Positions 26,105-34,189 of a DNA stretch of 64,000 bases are shown here, piece after piece (the stretch's first letter is position 1; each line of letters starts with the position of its first letter). Under the pieces are notes generated by a model that was given only the letters and a program-made list of their open reading frames with translations, made no database searches and was not told where the DNA came from. Made by a program: the position numbers and the translations under genes. The stretch lies in the NCBI GenBank assembly GCA_945882315.1, contig CAMCWB010000001.1, positions 1,560 through 65,559 of the forward strand. Direction: 5' to 3'. This DNA is from Bauldia litoralis (GTDB taxonomy: Bacteria; Pseudomonadota; Alphaproteobacteria; Rhizobiales; Kaistiaceae).

Positions 26105-26650
26105 ATGAAGTTCTTTCTGCTCGCCGCGGTCTTGCTGGCCTCGTCAATTGTCACCGGCGCGCAAGCCCGGGATACGAACCAGACGGCCATCGATATCTGC
26201 ATGCGCTCGGTTTCCGATGAGGTGCGCTTCGAGCAGCCTGGCGCCAGCCGCATCGGCTCCGACAATCCCAAGGTCAAGAAGATTTCCGGCAGCGAAGCCG
26301 GCGTAAGCGGCGCCGGCCAGTTCAACAGCGGCAGCGGCAGCGTCAGGAATTTCTATTATCGCTGCACCTACAACGTCAAAACCGGCCGGGCCTACGGCGT
26401 CGATATCAAGGTCAAGGACGATTCTCCGCAGAAGCTCTCCAAGACGGATGTCGGCGTGGCGGTCGGTGCCCTCGTGGTCGGCGCCATTGTCGACGGCCTC
26501 GCCAAGAAGAAAAAGAAGCATCCCAAGCAGACCGATGTCGGCGGCATGGCCGGCCGCGAGCCCGACAACGGGACCTGGAGCCCGGCGAGCGGCGTCCTCT
26601 GTGACGACTCGCAAAGCGCCTGCTATCTGAACGGCAATTTTTCCGCCTAG
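26105..26650 (+). CDS. Secreted hypothetical protein
   Basis: ORF 26099..26650. ATG 26105 lies 5 nt after GAGGAG. Signal peptide is MKFFLLAAVLLASSIVTGAQA. Confidence 0.6.
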   Translation: MKFFLLAAVLLASSIVTGAQARDTNQTAIDICMRSVSDEVRFEQPGASRIGSDNPKVKKISGSEAGVSGAGQFNSGSGSVRNFYYRCTYNVKTGRAYGVDIKVKDDSPQKLSKTDVGVAVGALVVGAIVDGLAKKKKKHPKQTDVGGMAGREPDNGTWSPASGVLCDDSQSACYLNGNFSA

Positions 26651-26721
26651 TGGACCGATCGGGTTTACAGCTACGCCAATTGATCGGGCAGGTGATCATC
26701 ATGTTTAGAGGAGTTTCGACG

Positions 26722-27165
26722 ATGCGGCTCTGGATCGTCCTGTCGGCAGCGATGGGTGTTGCTGGCTTCTGCCAGGCGGCTCTTGCCCAAGGCGAGACCG
26801 CGCCTCCGTCGACGATGATGGAAGCGCGCGAAGCCGCCATGGACCTCATTTCCGAAGACCTTTCGCATGCGGAAATCGGCGTCCTCAATCTCGTCGCGCA
26901 TGCCGCCGCGGCAGCGAGCCTTTGCGATGCGCTGGAGCTCGACGGCGATGCGGCGTCGAAGGCGATCGACGCGGCGACCGGCGAGGCGATGAAGGAGTCC
27001 TCCGACGAGTCGAAGGCCCATCATCACGATCTCGCCCTGATGGGCTATGGCGTTCTCGTCGGCCTCATGATCGCCGAAGGCAGTGAGGACAAGGTGGGCT
27101 TCTGCGCCGATGCCGTCGCCATGGCCAAGGATCCCGAGACAGCAAAGTTCATCAAGGCCAATTGA
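26722..27165 (+). CDS. Secreted hypothetical protein
   Basis: ORF 26650..27165. ATG 26722 follows AGAGGAG. Signal peptide is MRLWIVLSAAMGVAGFCQAALAQ. Confidence 0.55.
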   Translation: MRLWIVLSAAMGVAGFCQAALAQGETAPPSTMMEAREAAMDLISEDLSHAEIGVLNLVAHAAAAASLCDALELDGDAASKAIDAATGEAMKESSDESKAHHHDLALMGYGVLVGLMIAEGSEDKVGFCADAVAMAKDPETAKFIKAN

Positions 27166-27205
27166 TTCGCCAGAACCGCGGCTGCGCCGGCAGGGAAGAA
27201 CGTGC

Positions 27206-28192
27206 ATGAATCGTCGGGATTTTCTCATCGGCTCGGCGATCGGGACGGCAGCAGGCCTGCTCGGCGGCCCGGCCTTGGCGCAGACGACGGCGATCACCAG
27301 CAAGCTCGACAGCTCGCAGCTCAAGCCCGGCCAATTCCTCTGGGAGCCCGACCTCTCGCCCGCCGGTCCGGTGATGATGATCGTCTCGCTGCCCGACCAG
27401 CTCGTCCATGTCTACCGGAACGGCGTCGAGATCGGCCTCTCGACCTGTTCGAGCGGCAAACCCGGACATGAAACGCCGACCGGCGTCTTCGTCATCCTGC
27501 AGAAGGACAAGGACCACCACTCGTCGACCTACGACAATGCCCCGATGCCCAACATGCAGCGGCTGACCTGGAGCCGCATTGCGCTTCATGCCGGCAACCT
27601 GCCCGGCTATCCCGCCTCGCATGGCTGCGTCCGCCTGCCGAAGCAGTTCTCGGAGATCATCTTCGGCATCACACAGCTCGGCATCCCGGTGATCATTGCC
27701 GACGGCAAGAGCCAGCCGGCCGCGGTCGTCCACCCCGGCCTGCTCCTGCCCGACACCGCCGAGGCGGAGGGGACCCAGGCCGAGATGGCTGCGGCGAAGC
27801 GACCGCCGACCAGCGTCGACAATGTCGCCTCCGGCATCGTCTCGGCTGCCGACCGGAAGGTCTTCATGCTGATCGACGGCCGTGTCGCATGGGAATCGCC
27901 GATCGATATCCTCGATCCCGGCCAGCCGCTCGGCGACCACGCCTATTCTTTCCTCGGCCCGACGCCCGATCGTTCCGCCTTTCGCTGGACCGCGCATGAC
28001 CTCGGCGGCTCGCGCCAGGTGCGCGGCGACCACGACGCCATCCTCTCCCGCATCAAGGTCGCCAAAAGCGACGAGGCGACCGGAATCCTGCTCTCATCGG
28101 CGCCGGGCGCGACGCTCGTCGTGACGGACCGTTCGGCGACCCAGGCGACGCGTTCCGATCCCGGCTTCGTCGTCGTCGACGCCGAAGTCTGA
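27206..28192 (+). CDS. L,D-transpeptidase (YkuD domain) with Tat signal
   Basis: Inside ORF 27083..28192, starting at ATG 27206 (MNRRDFLIGSAIGTAAGLLGGPALAQ). Catalytic motif is ALHAGNLPGYPASHGCVRLP. Confidence 0.85.
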   Translation: MNRRDFLIGSAIGTAAGLLGGPALAQTTAITSKLDSSQLKPGQFLWEPDLSPAGPVMMIVSLPDQLVHVYRNGVEIGLSTCSSGKPGHETPTGVFVILQKDKDHHSSTYDNAPMPNMQRLTWSRIALHAGNLPGYPASHGCVRLPKQFSEIIFGITQLGIPVIIADGKSQPAAVVHPGLLLPDTAEAEGTQAEMAAAKRPPTSVDNVASGIVSAADRKVFMLIDGRVAWESPIDILDPGQPLGDHAYSFLGPTPDRSAFRWTAHDLGGSRQVRGDHDAILSRIKVAKSDEATGILLSSAPGATLVVTDRSATQATRSDPGFVVVDAEV

Positions 28193-28279
28193 GGCGCGAT
28201 CCGCACGATAAAAGGCGGAACGCGACGCCGTTCCCTGCATTAGCCCCTAGCTGGTGGGTGCCAATGGAGGAGTAGCGAT

Positions 28280-28495
28280 ATGTCCAAAGGCGGTAAAAAA
28301 CATATGGGCCTGGGGGCGCAGGGAAAAGGCGATGGAACCGGCGCCATGACCACCGCGGATCGCGCCAAGATTCCCGCCAACATGGTGCTCTCCAACCGCG
28401 ACAAGTCGCAGCATTCCGGTGAGCGCGGCCAGGATTCGAAATTTATCCAGACCGAGCAGATGCAGGATCACCAGGCGAACCGGATTCCCGATTAG
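28280..28495 (+). CDS. Small hydrophilic protein (71 aa)
   Basis: ORF 28280..28495 with GGAGG about 8 nt upstream. Gly/Lys-rich, no TM segment. Confidence 0.6.
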   Translation: MSKGGKKHMGLGAQGKGDGTGAMTTADRAKIPANMVLSNRDKSQHSGERGQDSKFIQTEQMQDHQANRIPD

Positions 28496-28499
28496 CCGG

Positions 28500-29357
28500 T
28501 CAGCTCACCTGCCGGTTGAGCCAGAGCGCCAGCCGATCCCGGTTGAAGAATATTCCGACGCTTGCGGCGAGGCCGACCGCGGCGCCGACGGTGACCGGCG
28601 TGGTGATGCCGATCCGGTCGGCGACCCATCCCATCGCGAGCGCGCCGACGCCGGGTGCGCTCGTGAAGAGCATCCCGTAGATGCTGAGCACACGGCCGCG
28701 AATATCGTCGGTGAGCGACAACTGCAGAAGGATCTGCGCGACGATATTCGCCAACGTCGTGCCGAAGCCGACAAGGGCGATGCAGACGAGGCCGATATGG
28801 AGTCCGGGTGCGAAGGCGAAAGCCGCCGTCGTCACGGCGCCGGTCGTTCCGGCAAAGGCCATGAGCGTAATGAGGCCGCGGCCCTGCCGCCCGGATGCCG
28901 CGAAGGCGGACATGAGCGATCCCAGCCCGAGTGAGGCGATCAGGTAGGACAGGCCGGCAGGTCCGGAGTTGAAGACGGTCTCGGCGAAGACCGGCAGCAA
29001 TTCCACCGCCGGGCGCACGAAGATGGCAAAGGTCGCGATGAAGGCGAGGAGGATGCGCACGCCGGGGTCGTGGATGACCTTCAGGACGCCGAAGGAGAGG
29101 TCGCTTGCCGACAGCCGCAGGCGACCCAGCCGGGGCTTCTCGTCGGGCCGCATCTTCATCAGGGAGAAGGCGATGACCGTGGCGATGAAGCTGGCGGCGT
29201 TCAGCGCGAAGGCCATGCTCACCGATCCGTAAAGGATGACCGGTCCGGCGATGATCGGGCCGACGACGCGGGCGGTGTTGGCGACGATGGACGCAAAACC
29301 CACCGCCGAAGCGAGCGCATCGCGTGGAATCAGGCTCGGGATCAGCGCCATGGGCAA
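28500..29357 (-). pseudogene. MFS transporter (EntS/MFS_3-like) lacking roughly the first 100 residues
   Basis: ORF 28500..29357 (TTG) covers only about 8 TM segments. A TGA lies immediately upstream in frame. A different frame adds only 27 residues (MEKEPP...). Confidence 0.55.
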
Positions 29358-29481
29358 AAACCGTCACGGCGGCGCTGTTCAGGACGTGAAGAATATCTGC
29401 GGCAGGCGCCGAAACTGGCGGTTCTTTTTCCATCGTCCCGGCTGGTTGGCGAGGCGGCTACGGCCCAATGCCAAAGCCACT

Positions 29482-29838
29482 CTATGGTTCCTGGGGGGAC
29501 TTCGAACCGTGGACCAATTCGATAACAGCGTCAATGAACTCGGCCTCGCGATAGGGCTTGGTCAACACCCTGACGCCGCTCCGCGCCGCCCCGTCGAAGC
29601 CGGTGGTGAGCAGGAACGGGATCGCCCTGTCGGCGAAGACGCCCATGAGCGGACTGGCATCGTCGCTGCCGAGCTTGAGATCGAGAATCGCCGCGTCGAT
29701 CTTCGGCCCCTCATCGAGGAGCTTGTGCACTTCCGAGATGGAATTGGCGAGGAGCACGATTTCCGCGCCGGCATCCAGCATCATTTGCTGCGCTTCAAGG
29801 GCGATCAGATATTCGTCCTCGACGACGAGGATGGTCAT
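29482..29838 (-). CDS. Single-domain response regulator (receiver only)
   Basis: ORF 29482..29892; I prefer the start MTILVVEDE at 29838. Phospho-acceptor context is AAILDLKL, and the conserved Lys sits in TKPY. Confidence 0.8.
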   Translation of the reverse strand: MTILVVEDEYLIALEAQQMMLDAGAEIVLLANSISEVHKLLDEGPKIDAAILDLKLGSDDASPLMGVFADRAIPFLLTTGFDGAARSGVRVLTKPYREAEFIDAVIELVHGSKSPQEP

Positions 29839-29987
29839 CCGGTCGAGGCTTCTTTCGGGAATGGACAAGGAGAGGGAATCCGGTGGCGCCAACGCCCCGC
29901 GATAGTGTCATCGGGACCCGGGCCTGTCGTTAACAAATGTTACGGTACGGCCCGCAGGCTTCCCGATTTCGGCCGATCCGGGGCGCG

Positions 29988-30374
29988 CTACCCACCGCGC
30001 GCCGCGATCTCCGCCATGGCCTTCTCGATCACGGCCAGGAGCGCCTTGTCCCGGACCGGCTTCTGGATGACGGCGACGTCGCCGAAGGTCGGCTTGAGGT
30101 CGTCGAGCCGATAGCCGGTGCACACGCAGAAGGGAATCTCCATCCCGGCGAGGCTCCGCGCCAGCGGCGCGCTCGATTGCCCGCGCAGATTGGCGTCGAT
30201 GATCGCGAAATCCGGCCTTTCGGTCGCCAGCCTCGCCGAGGCGTCCTCGACGGACGCGACCGGCCCGATGACGTCATGCCCGGCGCCCTCGATGATCATG
30301 GCGATCTCATCGGCAATGATGAATTCGTCCTCGACGATCATGACACGGAGCTTCTTGCCATTTCCGTCCATCAC
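29988..30374 (-). CDS. Single-domain response regulator (receiver only)
   Basis: ORF 29988..30374. Motifs RVMIVEDE, FAIIDANL and IQKP. The start overlaps the kinase stop. Confidence 0.8.
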   Translation of the reverse strand: MMDGNGKKLRVMIVEDEFIIADEIAMIIEGAGHDVIGPVASVEDASARLATERPDFAIIDANLRGQSSAPLARSLAGMEIPFCVCTGYRLDDLKPTFGDVAVIQKPVRDKALLAVIEKAMAEIAARGG

Positions 30375-32323
30375 GACACCGCCTTTCCATTCCCCTCATC
30401 CCGCTCCGCGACGAAAGGCCGGATCGTCCGCAAGGGTGCGAAGATCGTGCAGACGAGGCCTTCCGGGCGGTAGTCGACGGTCGCTTCGCCGTCCAGTTCA
30501 TAGGTGATGCTGCGTTCGATCAACAGGGAGCCGAAGCCGCGTTGCTCGGGCGGCGTCACGGGCGGCCCGCCGGACTCTTTCCAGCGCAGCATGAAGCGCG
30601 GCTCCTTGCCGGTCCTGTCGATCGACCAGTCGACGTCGACCTTGCCGGCCGACGTGGAAAGCGCCCCGTATTTCGAGGCGTTTGTGCCGAGCTCGTGAAT
30701 GGCGAGCGCGAAGGAGAGCGCTGCCTTCGGATTGAGCCGGATCGCCGGTCCGTTGATCTGGATGGCGCTGCCGGTGTCGAAGGTGCTGGCTTCCTGGCGG
30801 ATGATCGTGCTGGCGTCGGCGCCGAGCCAGCGTTCCTGGGCGAGCAGTTCGTGGGCGCGCGCCATCGCATTGACGCGTCCGAGCAGCGACTGCTCGAACT
30901 TCTCCAACGTGCGGTGTGACCGCGCCGTCCGCCGGATGATCGCCTGGATGACCTGCAGGGTGTTCTTCATCCGGTGATCGAGCTCGCGCATCAGGAGCCG
31001 CTGGGTCTCCTCGCTCTCGTAGCGGTCGGTCACGTCGACTGCCGAGGCGACCAGATGGTTCGGCTCTCCGGAGGTCGAGGTGAGCGGGCGGATCCACAGG
31101 TCGATCACCTTCCGCGACGTGCCGTCCTCATATTGCAGGTCGAAGCGGATATCCTCGCTCTTCGCCGCCTGGGCGACGGCGGCGCGCAGGCGCTCGGTCT
31201 GCACCGGGTCGTTGCTGCCGATCGGCAAACCCCAGAAGGGCTTGCCGACGCCATTCTCCTTGGCGCGGCCGAAGGTGCCGATCGCCGCCTTGTTGGCATT
31301 GACGATCGTGCCGTCGCGGGTGAGGAGCCACGCCAGCGGCCCGAGCCCGTCGAGCATGCCCCGGAGCCTCGCCCGCGCCTCGTCGACCTCGCCGGCCTTC
31401 GACAGGTTGGAGATGTAGATCAGCACCGCCGCCGTCGACGCTAGCCCGATGCCGAGGATCAGGAGGATCGCCCAAGGGGCGAAATCGCCAGCCACCGCCG
31501 CCGGCGAGATGACGACGGTCCAGTTGCGATGGCCGAACTCGAATGTCCGCTGCGCTGCCCCGGACGCGGACGGCTCGGCCCGCGCCGGCGCGCTGCCCGT
31601 CGCCTTGCCGCTTTCGACGATGTTGACTTCGGCGATGCCGCTGGCGCGCTCGGCGATCGTTGTCAGATCCTGAAATGTAATCGAGCCGGCGACGATTCCG
31701 GTGATCTGGCCGGCGCGGTCGCGCGTCGGCACATAAAGGAGAATGCCCTGGGTGCGCGTGTCGACGAAATCGACTGGCTCGCTGGCAACCAGCTCGCGCT
31801 GCTGGATTGCGTCCTCGATCGCGTCGGCGCGCGCCGGCAACGCTGCGACGTCGAGCCCGTAGGTCGGCTCCTGGCCGCTGAGCAGATAAGCGGCCTCGAC
31901 GACGAAATAGGTCGGCCGCTCCGGTGCGCGGACCGGCTTGCGGTCCTTGTCGAATTCCCAGATGCCAAGTTCGCGGGCGGGACTGGATTGGAAGCGGGCC
32001 TCGTAGTCGGCGCGATCCGCCTGCGTCACACGCCGGTAGAAGCTCAGCGAACGGATCGCCTCGCTGGCCGTCAGCGATTGGCTGAAGCGCTCGAACTGGT
32101 CGCTGGTCACGGTGTCGGTTGCATAGAGCGAGCGGACGGCATGGACCGCTATCGCGACGCGATCGAGGGCGACGCGCACCGCGTAAGCCGAGCTGTCGGA
32201 CTGGAGTTGGATGCGCTCACCGCGGACGCGCTGGTAGTAGTGTTCGGCGAATAGCCCGGCGAGGACCGTCAGTGCAATACCGACGATCAGGACTGTTGTC
32301 GCCAGCAGTCTCCGTCTATTCAC
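30371..32323 (-). CDS. CHASE-PAS-HWE/HisKA_2 sensor histidine kinase
   Basis: ORF 30371..32323. N-terminal TM segment, a periplasmic CHASE-like region and a second TM segment. PAS region is MLDGLGPLAWLLTRDGTIVNAN. H-box is LMRELDHRMKNTLQVIQAI. Confidence 0.9.
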   Translation of the reverse strand: MNRRRLLATTVLIVGIALTVLAGLFAEHYYQRVRGERIQLQSDSSAYAVRVALDRVAIAVHAVRSLYATDTVTSDQFERFSQSLTASEAIRSLSFYRRVTQADRADYEARFQSSPARELGIWEFDKDRKPVRAPERPTYFVVEAAYLLSGQEPTYGLDVAALPARADAIEDAIQQRELVASEPVDFVDTRTQGILLYVPTRDRAGQITGIVAGSITFQDLTTIAERASGIAEVNIVESGKATGSAPARAEPSASGAAQRTFEFGHRNWTVVISPAAVAGDFAPWAILLILGIGLASTAAVLIYISNLSKAGEVDEARARLRGMLDGLGPLAWLLTRDGTIVNANKAAIGTFGRAKENGVGKPFWGLPIGSNDPVQTERLRAAVAQAAKSEDIRFDLQYEDGTSRKVIDLWIRPLTSTSGEPNHLVASAVDVTDRYESEETQRLLMRELDHRMKNTLQVIQAIIRRTARSHRTLEKFEQSLLGRVNAMARAHELLAQERWLGADASTIIRQEASTFDTGSAIQINGPAIRLNPKAALSFALAIHELGTNASKYGALSTSAGKVDVDWSIDRTGKEPRFMLRWKESGGPPVTPPEQRGFGSLLIERSITYELDGEATVDYRPEGLVCTIFAPLRTIRPFVAERDEGNGKAVS

Positions 32324-32399
32324 CCGCCCATACCTGTTTGGATGCGTCTCGGCTCAGCCCGCCGCATGGTTTGCGCCGGGCCGAGCCCTGTTTTCTGCC

Positions 32400-32564
32400 T
32401 CACGCTCGCCGGAAGAAATGGGCGAGCAGCGAGACAACAAGCAAGACCAGAAAAACGAAGAAGAGGATCTGCGCGATGCCGACGCTGGTGCTGGCGATGC
32501 CGCCAAAGCCGAGGGCTCCAGCAACCAGTGCAACGACGAGAAAGACGAGAGCCCAGTAGAGCAT
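32400..32564 (-). CDS. DUF1328 (UPF0391) small membrane protein, 54 aa
   Basis: C-terminal part of ORF 32400..32900, starting at ATG 32564 after GGAG. Sequence [24 protein letters not shown].... Confidence 0.75.
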   Translation of the reverse strand: MLYWALVFLVVALVAGALGFGGIASTSVGIAQILFFVFLVLLVVSLLAHFFRRA

Positions 32565-32575
32565 AACTGTATCTC

Positions 32576-32734
32576 CTAGACGCGTCCGAGGAGAACCAGG
32601 ATCAGCAGGATGACCAGTACGACACCAAGAATGCCGGACGGTCCATAGCCCCAGCCCCGCGAATATGGCCAACTCGGCACGGCACCGACGACCAGCAGGA
32701 TCAGGATGATCAGCAGGATTGTGGCGAGCGACAT
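32576..32734 (-). CDS. DUF3309 small membrane protein, 52 aa
   Basis: C-terminal part of ORF 32576..32983, starting at ATG 32734 after GGAG. Sequence ...[18 protein letters not shown].... Confidence 0.7.
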   Translation of the reverse strand: MSLATILLIILILLVVGAVPSWPYSRGWGYGPSGILGVVLVILLILVLLGRV

Positions 32735-32767
32735 GTAATTTCTCCACCTCAGACGATCGGACCAACC

Positions 32768-32793
32768 AACGCGCGGTGGAACCCGAAAGTTCC
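32768..32793 (-). promoter_or_regulatory. EcfG-type general stress promoter GGAAC-N17-CGTT upstream of the DUF3309/DUF1328 genes
   Basis: Minus strand: GGAAC at 32793-32789, a 17-nt spacer, CGTT at 32771-32768. It lies about 34 nt upstream of ATG 32734. Confidence 0.6.
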
Positions 32794-32827
32794 ATTCGCC
32801 GGCACGAGAATTTTCTCCGCGATTTCC

Positions 32828-32853
32828 GGAACTTGCCCCGCTGCAACTGTGTT
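32828..32853 (+). promoter_or_regulatory. Possible EcfG-type promoter GGAAC-N17-TGTT upstream of the PRC-barrel gene
   Basis: GGAAC at 32828-32832 and TGTT at 32850-32853. One mismatch in the -10 element, and 78 nt from the ATG. Confidence 0.35.
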
Positions 32854-32930
32854 GCGGCGGTGTGGGGCTTGTTGATCTTGCCGTCGGGAGGAATTTCCAC
32901 GTGCGAGGTCTTTTTCGTGCAAAGGAACCA

Positions 32931-33797
32931 ATGATGATCCGCAAACTCTTGGCGACCACGGCGATCACGACGATCGCCCTCACCAGCGCCTATGCCGCAA
33001 ATGAACCGGCAGCAGGCGCTTCCGCCGCCGAACGGTTCGTGCCGGCGATCGGCGAGGCGTCGCTTGCCTCGACGCTGATCGGCGAGACCGTCTACGCCAG
33101 CACCGTCGACAACGCCGACAGCATCGGCGAAGTGAATGATCTCCTTGTCGACAAGGACGGAAATATCGCCGCGGCGCTGATCGGCGTCGGCGGGTTCCTC
33201 GGCGTCGGCGAAAAGAACGTCGCGGTCAACTATGACGACCTTCAGATGACGGTCGACCCCGACGGCGACCGCGTCGTCGTACTTGAGACCACCAAGGAAG
33301 AACTCGAGGCCGCGCCGGCTTTTGTCGTCGAGACGGTTGACGGTACCGCGGCCGCGCCGGTCGTCGCGCCCGACAACATGACCGCCGCCACGCCGGCGCC
33401 GGCAACAACGACCGAGACGGCTGCACCGGTGGCGACCGACCAGGTCGCAGCGCGCGACACCCTGAAATCGCTCGATATCGGTACGATCAGCTCCGACAAC
33501 GTCATCGGCACGACCATCTATTCGGCCGACGATCAGAATGTCGGCGAGATCAGCGAAGTCATCATGACCGATGACGGCAAGATCGAAGCTGCCATCATCG
33601 ATGTCGGCGGCTTCCTCGGCATGGGTGCGAAGCCGGTGGCGGTCTCCTTCTCCGACCTCGATTTCCGCTCCGACGACAGCGGCAATATCTACGTCTACAC
33701 GGCCCTTACGGAGGCACAGCTCCAGGCGGCCCCGGACTATGTCGCGGCGGATTATCCGAACAACCGCGATACCATGCTGGTGAAGTCGAAGAACTGA
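32931..33797 (+). CDS. PRC-barrel domain protein (two PRC domains, signal peptide)
   Basis: Inside ORF 32862..33797, starting at ATG 32931 ([22 protein letters not shown]). Two copies of the ...[24 protein letters not shown] / ...[24 protein letters not shown] motif. Confidence 0.8.
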   Translation: MMIRKLLATTAITTIALTSAYAANEPAAGASAAERFVPAIGEASLASTLIGETVYASTVDNADSIGEVNDLLVDKDGNIAAALIGVGGFLGVGEKNVAVNYDDLQMTVDPDGDRVVVLETTKEELEAAPAFVVETVDGTAAAPVVAPDNMTAATPAPATTTETAAPVATDQVAARDTLKSLDIGTISSDNVIGTTIYSADDQNVGEISEVIMTDDGKIEAAIIDVGGFLGMGAKPVAVSFSDLDFRSDDSGNIYVYTALTEAQLQAAPDYVAADYPNNRDTMLVKSKN

Positions 33798-33818
33798 ACC
33801 GGCTTCACGGATCTGAGG

Positions 33819-33848
33819 CGGCCCGCAGCAATGCGGGCCGTTTTTTTT
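33819..33848 (+). terminator. Rho-independent terminator
   Basis: Stem CGGCCCGC/GCGGGCCG with a 6-nt loop, followed by T8 (33841-33848). Confidence 0.85.
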
Positions 33849-33897
33849 GCTTCAACTGCCGCATTCGCTTGTAACTCCCACCCCTTGCGGAAGGGTT

Positions 33898-34058
33898 GGT
33901 CCTCCCCTGCGAAGCGGGGGAGGGGGACCGCCGATAGGCGGTGGAGGGGGCGACCGCATCCTCTGAAGCGAAAGAGACCTCTGAGATAAGCTTTCCGTGT
34001 CGCCGCCCCCTCCGTCGACACGTCGTGTCGCCCCCTCCCCCGTAAACGGGGGAGGACC
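33898..34058. repeat. GC-rich mosaic palindromic intergenic element (copy 1)
   Basis: Terminal inverted repeat GGTCCTCCCC...GGGGAGGACC. Shares an identical 30-mer (TCCTCCCCTGCGAAGCGGGGGAGGGGGACC), a 28-mer with one mismatch and an inverted 23-mer with the element at 45162-45295. Confidence 0.8.
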
Positions 34059-34189
34059 CCAACAACCGGCGTTGTGCAATGGCCGCTTCCAGGGGAGGCT
34101 GTTTCCGTCGACTGGTGAAGCGCTCCCAGCCCAAAGAAAAAGGGCCCTCCCGGCTTCCCGGGAGGGCCCTTCGCGTTTCGTGCCTGGCC

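Noticed and set aside
28217-28241. GGAAC-N16-CATT as an EcfG promoter for the small 28280 gene
   Set aside because: The -10 element deviates, and the GGAACG...CGTTCC palindrome is explained just as well as a hairpin after the L,D-transpeptidase gene.
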